NCBI GenBank assembly: GCA_965248835.1
Contig: CBDFLJ010000001.1
Coordinates: 1,824,001 to 1,888,000, forward strand
Direction of reading: 5' to 3'
DNA: 64,000 bases
DNA from: Alphaproteobacteria bacterium
Lineage (GTDB): Bacteria; Pseudomonadota; Alphaproteobacteria; MPNO01
Under the pieces are notes generated by a model, which had not been told where the DNA came from, did no database searches, and saw only the letters and a list, made by a program, of their open reading frames with translations. Each line of letters begins with the position of its first letter. The stretch's first letter is position 1. The position numbers were made by a program, and so were the translations under genes. Shown here piece by piece: positions 31,341 to 40,000 of the stretch.

Positions 31341-32105
31341 TTATCCGCCTTGCAACGACACCAGGATCTCGCGCGATGACTCGGCAAGCTCGCACTTGAT
31401 CGCCTCGAAGTTGGCAAGCGGCGGGAACACCAGCCCGGTGCCCTCCATGTGGCCGCGCATCTCGGTGAGATAGCGGTTGACGATCTGCTCGGTGGTGCAG
31501 CGCTTGAGCCCGGTCTCAAGGCAGAACGCGTTGTCGGGCCCGGCGAGCCGGCCGAAGGCGCGCTTGACGCAGTTGGGCAGCACGCGGTCGAAGGCCGCCT
31601 GAAACTCGGCGAGCTGAGCCGGGTCCCTGGCGACTTCCTTGAGGTTCTCCACGCCGTTGTCGTAGTGGTCCTCCTCGTCGGCCAGCACCACTTCCTGGCT
31701 GTCTGCCCAGGGCACGTAGCTCGACCGGCGATACTCCATGATCTGATGGCTGCCCGCGCGGTCGACGGTGAAGTTGAACACCGCGATGTGCAGCCAGTTG
31801 TCGAGATCGATCTGCCAGAATTCGCCGGAATCGGGGCGGCCGGCGATGATCGCCTCCGGGTCCTCGCCGAGATCGACCAGCAGGTCGTAGAGCCCCTGGC
31901 TGTGGCGCGCCTCCTCGGCGGCGAATTCCGCGGCCAAGGCCTTCTCCTTCCAGTTCGGCGCCACCGAGATCGCCTTGCCGAACACCTCGGCCGTCGCCGT
32001 CTCGGCGTAGATCTGCCGGGTCATCAGGCGGATCAGGAAGGCGCGGTATTCGCCCGTCGCGCCTTCGGGGGTCTCGATTCTGGACTCGGCATTGATCACA
32101 TTCAT
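31341..32105 (-). CDS. Ferritin-like diiron protein, PaaA/PaaC (phenylacetyl-CoA epoxidase) family
   Basis: YAE, AP.WKEK, EEARH, W...AVFNFTVDRAG, SSY.PW, DEEDH. Confidence 0.8.
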   Translation of the reverse strand: MNVINAESRIETPEGATGEYRAFLIRLMTRQIYAETATAEVFGKAISVAPNWKEKALAAEFAAEEARHSQGLYDLLVDLGEDPEAIIAGRPDSGEFWQIDLDNWLHIAVFNFTVDRAGSHQIMEYRRSSYVPWADSQEVVLADEEDHYDNGVENLKEVARDPAQLAEFQAAFDRVLPNCVKRAFGRLAGPDNAFCLETGLKRCTTEQIVNRYLTEMRGHMEGTGLVFPPLANFEAIKCELAESSREILVSLQGG

Positions 32106-32177
32106 CTTCGGCTCCGAAAACTTGAGTTTCGAACGAAATTAGCCACACCAACCGGGCTGTCAATCGGCATTGCCCGC

Positions 32178-33410
32178 TTACGCCGCAGCCGAGGACCGCG
32201 GACGGCTGATCAGCACGTACCAGGACATCACCAGGACGGCGATGATCAGAATCGGCAGCGCGGACAGGTTCACCCATTCCCAGTTCAGGAAGTGGATCAG
32301 TACGCCCGACGACAGCGATCCGAGCGCAACGAAGGCGTAGACGATGAAGTTGCACGCGCCTTGGGTCTTGGCGCGTTCGCCGGCGGTGTGGGCGTCGCCG
32401 AGCAGCGAGGAGCCCGCGGTGAAGGCGAAGTTCCACCCCACGCCCAGGAACAGCATCGACAGCCAGAACTCGAACACCGCTTCGCCGCTGAGCGCGATCG
32501 GCACGCAGATGATCTGGAGAGCGAAGCCGGCGAAGATGATCCGCACCTCGCCCCAGCGGCGGATCAGCTTGCCGGTGATGAAGCCCGGCGCGAACATGCC
32601 CAGACTGTGCCACTGGATGACGAAAGCGGTCTGCGCGAAATGGTGCTCGGCGTGGTGCATCGCGATCGGCGCGGCGGTCATCAGGAGCGCCATCACCGTA
32701 TGGCCGATGAGAATCGAGAACGTGGCGGCGATGAACACCGGTTGGGCCATGATGGTCAAAAGCGGACGGCGTTCGGCGGCCGCCTCGGCCTCCGTAAGGG
32801 GCGGAATCTGCAGGAAGACCAGCACCAGCGCGGTGAGGATCGTCGTGCCGATGAGCAGCAGGTAGGCACCCAGGAAGCTCGCCGAAGCGAACCAGTCATG
32901 CCCCCATTTGGCAAACTCCGCGCCGAGCACGGCCGCCGCCACGCCGCCGGCAATGACCAGTGATATCGCCGTGCTGCGGAACGCCCGGGGCGCCGCATCG
33001 GTCGCGGCGAACCGGTAGAACTGGGCGAAGCCCGAGAAAAAGCCGAACACCAGGTTGCCGAGGGTGAAGATCCAGAAATCGGCCTCGATGATCCCGATCG
33101 AACACAGGATGCCGGACATCAGGCCGATAAACGCACCGGTGAGGAAGCCCGCGCGCCGGCCAACCCGGCGCATGAACATCGATGCCGGCATCGAGGCGAG
33201 CGCGGTGCCGACGACGACAAGGGCTGCGGGCAGGGTCGCCAGGCCCTTGTAGTCGGCGATCGCATAGGCGATCAGCGGCGCGGTCGCGACGTTGAGCGTC
33301 CGGCCCGCGCCATAGAGCGTCTGGCAGACCGCCAGCACGACCACGTTGCGCTGATCGCGGTCGGTGAACGCCGTGCGGACGGCGCGAAGGAAAGCGGCTA
33401 CAGCGTTCAT
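32178..33410 (-). CDS. MFS transporter
   Basis: About 12 TM, FMRRVGRR, YRFAATD, QWH.LGMFAP.F.TG.LI.R.G, GVGWNF. Confidence 0.92.
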   Translation of the reverse strand: MNAVAAFLRAVRTAFTDRDQRNVVVLAVCQTLYGAGRTLNVATAPLIAYAIADYKGLATLPAALVVVGTALASMPASMFMRRVGRRAGFLTGAFIGLMSGILCSIGIIEADFWIFTLGNLVFGFFSGFAQFYRFAATDAAPRAFRSTAISLVIAGGVAAAVLGAEFAKWGHDWFASASFLGAYLLLIGTTILTALVLVFLQIPPLTEAEAAAERRPLLTIMAQPVFIAATFSILIGHTVMALLMTAAPIAMHHAEHHFAQTAFVIQWHSLGMFAPGFITGKLIRRWGEVRIIFAGFALQIICVPIALSGEAVFEFWLSMLFLGVGWNFAFTAGSSLLGDAHTAGERAKTQGACNFIVYAFVALGSLSSGVLIHFLNWEWVNLSALPILIIAVLVMSWYVLISRPRSSAAA

Positions 33411-33492
33411 GCCCGGTCTACGGTTGGAACAAAGGCGTGATTGCGCCCATCATAGCGGCCCGAAGGCGCGGGAATCCAATCAGGGGGAAGCC

Positions 33493-34902
33493 ATGTCCGA
33501 TCCGAGACAGGCAGCCGACAGGCTCATCGTCCATATCGACTGGCTGATCACCGTAGACGGGAGCAGGCGGATCGTCCGCGACGCCGCGATTGCGATCAGG
33601 GACGGCACGATCGCCGCGCTCGGCAAGACCCCAGCCATCGAGGCAGGTTGGCGGGCCGCGGACAGGCTCGATGCGGCCGGCATGGTCGGCACGCCGGGCC
33701 TGGTCGACAACCACCTGCATTCGTCCTTCCAGATGGCGCGCGGCCTGGCCGACGAGGCCAACGCCCAGTCCTTCCTGTTCGATCACATGTACCCCTATGA
33801 GGGCGCCATGACGTGCGAGGACGTCCATGTCAGCGCGTGCCTGACGGCGATGGAGATGCTGCGCCACGGCGTGACCTGCTTCATCGATCCGGGGAACTAC
33901 CACCCCGACGCCACGGTCGAGGCGGTCGGGGCCGCCGGCATGCGCATGGTGGTCTCGCGCTCGTCCTTCGATCGGACCAAGTCGGTGATGGGGATCCTGC
34001 CCGATGCGCTGATCGAGACCACCGAACAGTGCTTGGACCGCGCCGCGGCGCTGTTCGAGGCGCATGACGGCGCCCATGACGGCCGGGTCCGGGTCAGCGC
34101 CTCGTTCCGCGGTCTCAACAACGCCAGCGACGCGCTGATCGAGGGCTTGAAGGACTTGGCAGACCGCCACGACCGCCTGCTTCAGACGCATGCGTGTTTC
34201 AGCTACGCGACCCACGACGGATGCCTGGCCGCGTTCGGCGCCCCCGAGATCGAGCGGCTGGAGGCGCTTGGCGTGCTGGACGAGCGGATGCTGCTGGTCC
34301 ATTCCGGCTGGCTGGAGCCGCACGAGGTCGAGATCATCGCCCGCCGGCGCCCGTCCCTGGTCGCGGCCCCGTCTTCCAGCCTGCACAACGGCTACGGCAA
34401 CTTCGTGATGGGCAAGCTGCCCGAGCTCGCGGCATTGGGTGTCAACGTCGCCATCGGATCGGACCACGCGTGCTCGGGCATCACCGACATGGTCCAGGAG
34501 ATGCTGTTGCTCGCCGGCGGATATAAGGAGGTCCGGCTGAACCCCCGGGTCCTGCCGCCCGAGCAGGTCGTCGAGATGGCGACGATCAACGGGGCCATCG
34601 GCGCCCGGCTCGGCGATCGCATCGGCAGCCTGGAGGTCGGCAAGGAGGCCGACATCGTTCTGTTCGACACTACCTATCCCGAATGGCAGCCGCTCTACAA
34701 CCCGGTCTCCAACCTGGTCTATGCCGCGACGGGGAACTCGGTGGCCCATGTCTTCGTGGCCGGGGAGCAGGTGGTCCGCGACGGACGGCTGACCCGCCTG
34801 GACGAGGCGGAGATCCTGGCCGCGGTCGCCGCCACAGCCGAGCGCATCGCCGGCCGGCTGGACATGGGCCGCATCCTCAAGCTCGCCTGGCCGGTGGAAT
34901 AG
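33493..34902 (+). CDS. Amidohydrolase (deaminase-like fold)
   Basis: PGLVDNHLH, GVTCFID, IGSDH, MATINGA, GSLEVGKEAD. Confidence 0.9.
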   Translation: MSDPRQAADRLIVHIDWLITVDGSRRIVRDAAIAIRDGTIAALGKTPAIEAGWRAADRLDAAGMVGTPGLVDNHLHSSFQMARGLADEANAQSFLFDHMYPYEGAMTCEDVHVSACLTAMEMLRHGVTCFIDPGNYHPDATVEAVGAAGMRMVVSRSSFDRTKSVMGILPDALIETTEQCLDRAAALFEAHDGAHDGRVRVSASFRGLNNASDALIEGLKDLADRHDRLLQTHACFSYATHDGCLAAFGAPEIERLEALGVLDERMLLVHSGWLEPHEVEIIARRRPSLVAAPSSSLHNGYGNFVMGKLPELAALGVNVAIGSDHACSGITDMVQEMLLLAGGYKEVRLNPRVLPPEQVVEMATINGAIGARLGDRIGSLEVGKEADIVLFDTTYPEWQPLYNPVSNLVYAATGNSVAHVFVAGEQVVRDGRLTRLDEAEILAAVAATAERIAGRLDMGRILKLAWPVE

Positions 34903-34908
34903 CACATT

Positions 34909-35013
34909 GTCGGTTCAACAGGAGCGGGGGTCGGTTCAACAGGAGCGGGGGTCGGTTCAACAGGAGCGGGGGTCGGTTCAACAGGAGCCGGGGTCGGTTC
35001 AACAGGAGCGGGG
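34909..35013. repeat. Tandem repeat of 5 x 21 bp (GTCGGTTCAACAGGAGCGGGG)
   Basis: Units start at 34909, 34930, 34951, 34972 (one G>C) and 34993. No spacers. Lies between convergent stop codons. Confidence 0.97.
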
Positions 35014-35024
35014 CGGGCTCAGGT

Positions 35025-35981
35025 TCAGGTCGACGGCGGCACGTCCTGGGCGACGCCGCGCAGCTCGGCATGCAGGACGACATCTTCATTGCGCGGGGTG
35101 ATGCCGAGCAGCCTTGCCGGGTTGCGGATGGCCATGGTGGCGATGGCCTCGAGATCCAGGCCCTTCTCGTGCAGGATTTGTGCGAAGGTGCGGAACATGT
35201 CCGGCGTCTTGGGGCTGAACGGCTGGCCGGAATCGGTGGCGATGATCGAATTGGCCGGTCCCACGGCATCGATCGCCTCTTTCATCTGATCGGAGGTGAC
35301 CGACTGGAACATCGGCATGCAGTTGACCGCGCAGTACTCCATCATGCAGCCTTCCTTCGCCAGCGCGATCTGGACGTCGATCGGCAGGTTCGGGCACTGC
35401 ATCTCCGGATGTGTGACGATGATCCGCTGGTGGCCCTTGCCGATGGCGTAATCGACCAGGGCGTGGATCTCCTCGGCGCTCATGTGGCCGGTCGCCAGCA
35501 CCGCATCGTAACCGGCGATCACGTCGATCACGTCCTTGGCCGCCGCGGTCAGCCGGCCGCCGTCGAGGACGGTGTAGGTCGGTTCCGCCTTCAACGTCGC
35601 GCGGTTGGTGTAGCTGCCCGCCCCGATCGCTCCGAACGCGCCCGGCGCGCCGAACACCCGGACGTGGTTCCGGGCGTCGATGGTCGGCATCCAGACCACC
35701 CTGGCGTCCTGGCGCAGCGCCTGCTCGACCGCGGCCGGGTTGATCCCGCCGACGCCCCGGTTCAGCGCGATCCCGGCATGGACCTCCAGGTCTGGGATCT
35801 CCTTCCTGGCGTGATAGACCTTGGTGACTGTCGCCTCGAAATGGCTCTTGACCACGATCGCGGACATCTTGGCCTCGCGGCACCAGCGCGCGACGTCGAT
35901 GGTATCGCCGATCCGCCGGAACGGCGCCGGCCCGGTGTGGACATGGGTATCGATGAACCCCTCGACCGAGATGATGGTCAT
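35025..35981 (-). CDS. Uncharacterised TIM-barrel metallohydrolase (DUF6282-like)
   Basis: IDTHVH.GP, VVKSH, GGINP.AVE, VWMPT, LATGH, THP, TDSGQ. Confidence 0.8.
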   Translation of the reverse strand: MTIISVEGFIDTHVHTGPAPFRRIGDTIDVARWCREAKMSAIVVKSHFEATVTKVYHARKEIPDLEVHAGIALNRGVGGINPAAVEQALRQDARVVWMPTIDARNHVRVFGAPGAFGAIGAGSYTNRATLKAEPTYTVLDGGRLTAAAKDVIDVIAGYDAVLATGHMSAEEIHALVDYAIGKGHQRIIVTHPEMQCPNLPIDVQIALAKEGCMMEYCAVNCMPMFQSVTSDQMKEAIDAVGPANSIIATDSGQPFSPKTPDMFRTFAQILHEKGLDLEAIATMAIRNPARLLGITPRNEDVVLHAELRGVAQDVPPST

Positions 35982-36011
35982 CGGTGCCGCCCTCCCCAAT
36001 CCGTGCGCACG

Positions 36012-36725
36012 CTAATGCCTGTTCGGAACATGCCAGGCGCCGAGGCAGTGCTCGGCCAGGACCGGCGCATGGCGCCACGGCTCGGCGCCGGTCGCGATCC
36101 GCGGCACGCCGATGATCTTCGCACCGGGCAGGAAATCGCCCAGCGTGTCCGTGGTCGCTTCCAGACCGGCGCTTTGCGCCGACTCGCTGACGACGACGGC
36201 CGCCAGCCCGATCCCGCGCCCCGCGAGCATCGCGGCCGCGCTCAAGGCGTGGCTCAAGGCGCCCAGATAGCTGCCGACGACGAGCACCGCCGGAATCGCC
36301 AGCGCCTCGATCCAGTCGAGCACCGTCCGGCGGCGGGTCAGCGGCACCATGACGCCGCCGATCCCCTCGATCACCAGCATCTGTTCGGCCGCGCGCGCCT
36401 CGGCGATCGCGCCCCGGCAGAACCGGCATAGCGCCGCGAAGTCGATCCGGCGGCCCTCGGCCTCGGCGGCGAGGTGCGGCGAAACCGGCGCGGCGAACCG
36501 CCAGGGAGAGATCCCGGCGATCGTCGCCTCGGTGATATCGGCGCCTTGCGCGGCCAACAGGACCGCGGCGTCGCATTCCTCGACGGCGCGAAGATCGAAC
36601 CCGCTCATCACCGGCTTCAGCGTCCTCGGCGCGCCCCCTGCCGCGCGGATCTGATCGGCGATAGCCGCGGCAACGAGCGTTTTGCCGACCCCGGTCCCCG
36701 AAGAGGTGATGAACACCGCGCTCAC
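36012..36725 (-). CDS. bioD: Dethiobiotin synthase
   Basis: FITSSGTGVGKT, LKPVMSG, SPHLAA, IEGIGG..VPL, YLGALSH. GTG start at 36725. Confidence 0.92.
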   Translation of the reverse strand: MSAVFITSSGTGVGKTLVAAAIADQIRAAGGAPRTLKPVMSGFDLRAVEECDAAVLLAAQGADITEATIAGISPWRFAAPVSPHLAAEAEGRRIDFAALCRFCRGAIAEARAAEQMLVIEGIGGVMVPLTRRRTVLDWIEALAIPAVLVVGSYLGALSHALSAAAMLAGRGIGLAAVVVSESAQSAGLEATTDTLGDFLPGAKIIGVPRIATGAEPWRHAPVLAEHCLGAWHVPNRH

Positions 36726-36756
36726 GCCGACCCCCGCGACAATGGGAGCAGGCCCG

Positions 36757-36785
36757 GCCAAGCCAACCCAAGCCAAGCCAAGCCC
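36757..36785. repeat. Short (CCAAG)n-like microsatellite upstream of bioD
   Basis: gccaagccaacccaagccaagccaagccc read directly. Confidence 0.7.
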
Positions 36786-36787
36786 GC

Positions 36788-36976
36788 TCAGCCCGCAGCA
36801 AAGACGCTTCGCGCGCCGTTGTCCAGGAGCTTGCGGAAATAGGCGACCGTCTCCTGGAGCCCTTCCCTCGGCGCGACGGTCAGGCGCCGGTCGAACGCGT
36901 TTTGCGCCGCGGTGATGTCCGGACACCCCCGTCGAATGAGCCTCGGCTGGGCCGGCTTGTGCGGGACATGCTCCGG
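36788..36976 (-). pseudogene. C-terminal remnant of an NAD-dependent nucleotide-sugar epimerase/decarboxylase
   Basis: Start-less frame PEHVPHKPAQPRLIRRGCPDITAAQNAFDRRLTVAPREGLQETVAYFRKLL...* resembles the family C-terminus (PDI..A...LGW.P.V.L.EGL..T.AYF). Confidence 0.65.
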
Positions 36977-37021
36977 GAGTCGAAGCGATTCTGATCGGTG
37001 GTCCGTCGGGACGGCGCCCGC

Positions 37022-40000
37022 TCAAGCCGTCCGTTCGGCCTCCGCATCGGCGATCACCGCGTGGTCGTAGCGCTGCACCATCTCGTTGGGTATGACCTGC
37101 CAGAAACGGGGCGCTTCGCGGTCCCAGTTGATCAGCAGCCGCTCGGCGAAGCGCGACTGGGTCTCACGGACATGCTCCTCGATCAGAGCCTTGAGCACCC
37201 CCTCCCAATGGGCAATCTGGATGCGCTGGTAGAATACGGTATCGTCATTGACCCGCGAGGCGAAGGTCTCCGCGGCGTCGTAGACGAAGGCCATGCCGCC
37301 GGTCATCCCGGCGGCGAAATTATCGCCGACCGCGCCCAGGACCACGGCGGTCCCGTTGGTCATGTACTCGCAGCCGTTTGAGCCGCAGCCCTCCACGACC
37401 GCCGTCGCGCCCGAATTGCGCACCGCGAACCGCTCGCCCGCCTGGCCGGCGGCGAACAGCTTGCCGGCGGTGGCGCCGTAGAGGACGGTGTTGCCGATGA
37501 TCGTGTTCTCGTTGGAGTTCATCGGGCTCGCGGTCGCCAGCCGGACGACGATCGTGCCGCCCGACAGGCCCTTGCCGACATAATCGTTGGCGTCGCCGAA
37601 CACCTCGAGCTTCAGGCCCTGGACGGCGAACGCACCCAGGCTCTGGCCGGCCGAGCCCCTGAGCCGGACGGTGATATGACCGGGCTGGAGGCCGGCCATG
37701 CCATAGCGCCTTGTGATCATGGCGCTGAACTTCGTGCCGATGGCGCGGTGGGTGTTCCGGATGTTGTAGGCGAGCTGCATCTTCTCGCCGAGCTCGAGCG
37801 CCGGTGCCGCATCCTGGATCATCTGCGCATCGAGCGTGTCGGGGACCTCGTTGCGGCCTTCCAGCGTGCAGAAATGGGGATGATCGCCGGGATCGGCCTG
37901 GACCAGCATCGGGTTGAAGTCCAGATCGTCGAGATGGGCGCTGCCGCGGCCGACCTGGCCCAGCAGCTCGGTCCGCCCGATGATCTCGGTCAGCCGGCGC
38001 GCGCCCAGCGAAGCCAAGATCTCGCGGATTTCCTCGGCGACGAAGCTGAACAGGTTGACCACCTTCTCGGGCGTTCCGGAGAACTTCTCGCGCAGCCGCG
38101 GGTCCTGGGTGCACACCCCCACCGGGCAGGTGTTGGAGTGGCACTGCCGCACCATGATGCAGCCCATCGCCACCAGAGAAGCGGTGCCGATGCCGAACTC
38201 CTCGGCGCCCAGCAGTGCGGCGATCGCCACGTCGCGGCCGGTCTTGATGCCGCCGTCGACGCGCAGCACCACGCGGTGGCGGAGCTGGTTCAGCGTCAGC
38301 ACCTGGTTGACTTCCGACAGGCCCATCTCCCAGGGAAGGCCGGCATACTTGATCGAGGATTGCGGGCTCGCGCCGGTGCCGCCGGAATGGCCCGAGACCA
38401 GGATCACGTCGGCCCTGGCCTTGGCGACGCCCGCCGCGATCGTGCCGATGCCGCTTTGGGAGACCAGCTTCACGCAGACCTTGGCATCGGGGTTGATCTG
38501 CTTGAGGTCGTAGATGAGCTGCGCCAGGTCCTCGATCGAATAGATGTCGTGATGGGGCGGCGGCGAGATCAGGGTCACGCCCGGCGTGGCGTGGCGCAGC
38601 CTGGCGATCATCTCGGAGACCTTGATGCCGGGTAGCTGGCCGCCCTCGCCGGGCTTTGCGCCCTGGGCGATCTTGATCTCGATCTCGCGGCAGTTGTTGA
38701 GGTATTCCGCCGTCACGCCGAACCGGCCCGAGGCGACCTGCTTGATTGCCGAACTCGCGTTATCGCCGTTGGGTCGGGGGTGGTAGCGCTCGGGGTCCTC
38801 GCCGCCCTCGCCGGAGTCCGACTTGGCGCCGATCCGGTTCATCGCGATCGACAGGGTCTCGTGCGCTTCGGGGCTCAACGCGCCGAGCGAGATGCCGGGG
38901 GCGACCAGCCGCTTGCGGATCTCGGTGATCGATTCGACCTCCTCGATCGGCACCGGGTCGGCCTTGGGCGAGAACTCCATCAGGTCGCGCAGGTTGATCG
39001 GCGGCGCGCTGCGCACGCCCTCGAGGTACTTGCGGTAGGTCGCAAACGAGTCGGTGGCCACCGCGCTCTGCAGGGTGTGGATCTGCCGGCCCTCGAAGGC
39101 GTGGCTCTCGCCGTTCTGGCGGAAGCGGTACAGCCCGCCGACCGGCAGGGCCGCCACCTCCCGGTCGAAGGCGCGCTCGTGCAGTTCGAGCACCTTGCGG
39201 CGGATCCCGTGCAGTCCGATGCCCGAGATCCTGGAGGTCATGCCCGGAAAATAGCTGGTCACCAGCCAGCGGCTGAGGCCGACCGCCTCGAACTTGTAGG
39301 CGCCGCGATAGGACGACAGGATCGAGATGCCCATCTTGGACATCACCTTGAGAATGCCCTGGTCGATCGCGGTCTTGTAGCGGGCGATGCAGTCCTCCAG
39401 CGTCATGTTGCCGAACAGCCCGCGGCGGTGGCGGTCGGCGATCGTATCCTGGGCGAGATAGGCGTTGACCGTCGTCCCGCCCACGCCGATCAGGACGGCG
39501 AAGTAGTGGACGTCCATGCACTCGGCGGATTCGACGTTGATCGAGGTGAAGGTGCGCAGCGACTGGGCTACGAGGTGGCTGTGGACTCCGCCGACCGCCA
39601 GGATCATCGGGATCGCCGCGCGGTCGGGCCCGATATCGCGGTCGGTGAGGATCAGGTGGACCGCCCCGCCGCGGACCGCGTCCTCGGCCTGGCGCTGGAT
39701 GCGGTGCATCGCGCGGCGCAGCGCCAGTTCGTCATCGTTGTTGCGGAACGTGCAGTTGATCACCGCCGCGGTCTCGCCCAGATACGCGCTGAGCGCAGCG
39801 AACGCGGCGTTGGTGAGCACCGGCGATTCGAGCTGCAGGAGCCGCATCTGGCTCTCGTTCCGCTCCAGGATATTGCCGAGATTGCCCAGTCTGGTCCGCA
39901 GGCTCATGACCCGGTATTCGCGCAAGGAGTCGATCGGCGGGTTGGTGACCTGGCTGAACGACTGGCGGAAGAAGTGGTGCAGGCCGCGATACTGATCCGA

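Noticed and set aside
31341-32105. Calling a phenylacetate (paa) operon
   Set aside because: Only one PaaA/PaaC-family gene is present, with no paaB/D/E/K/Z in the window.
34909-35013. 21-bp repeats as a CRISPR array or plasmid iteron origin
   Set aside because: The units are contiguous with no spacers, and there are no cas or rep genes and no adjacent AT-rich unwinding region.
34907-35101. ORF encoding (SVQQERG)n
   Set aside because: It is a by-product of a stop-free repeat: TTG start without an RBS, and it runs antisense into the next gene.
36726-37021. Riboswitch or long N-terminal extension for bioD (ORF track start 37025)
   Set aside because: BioD similarity starts at VSAVFITSSGT; the upstream DNA is better explained by an epimerase remnant and a microsatellite.
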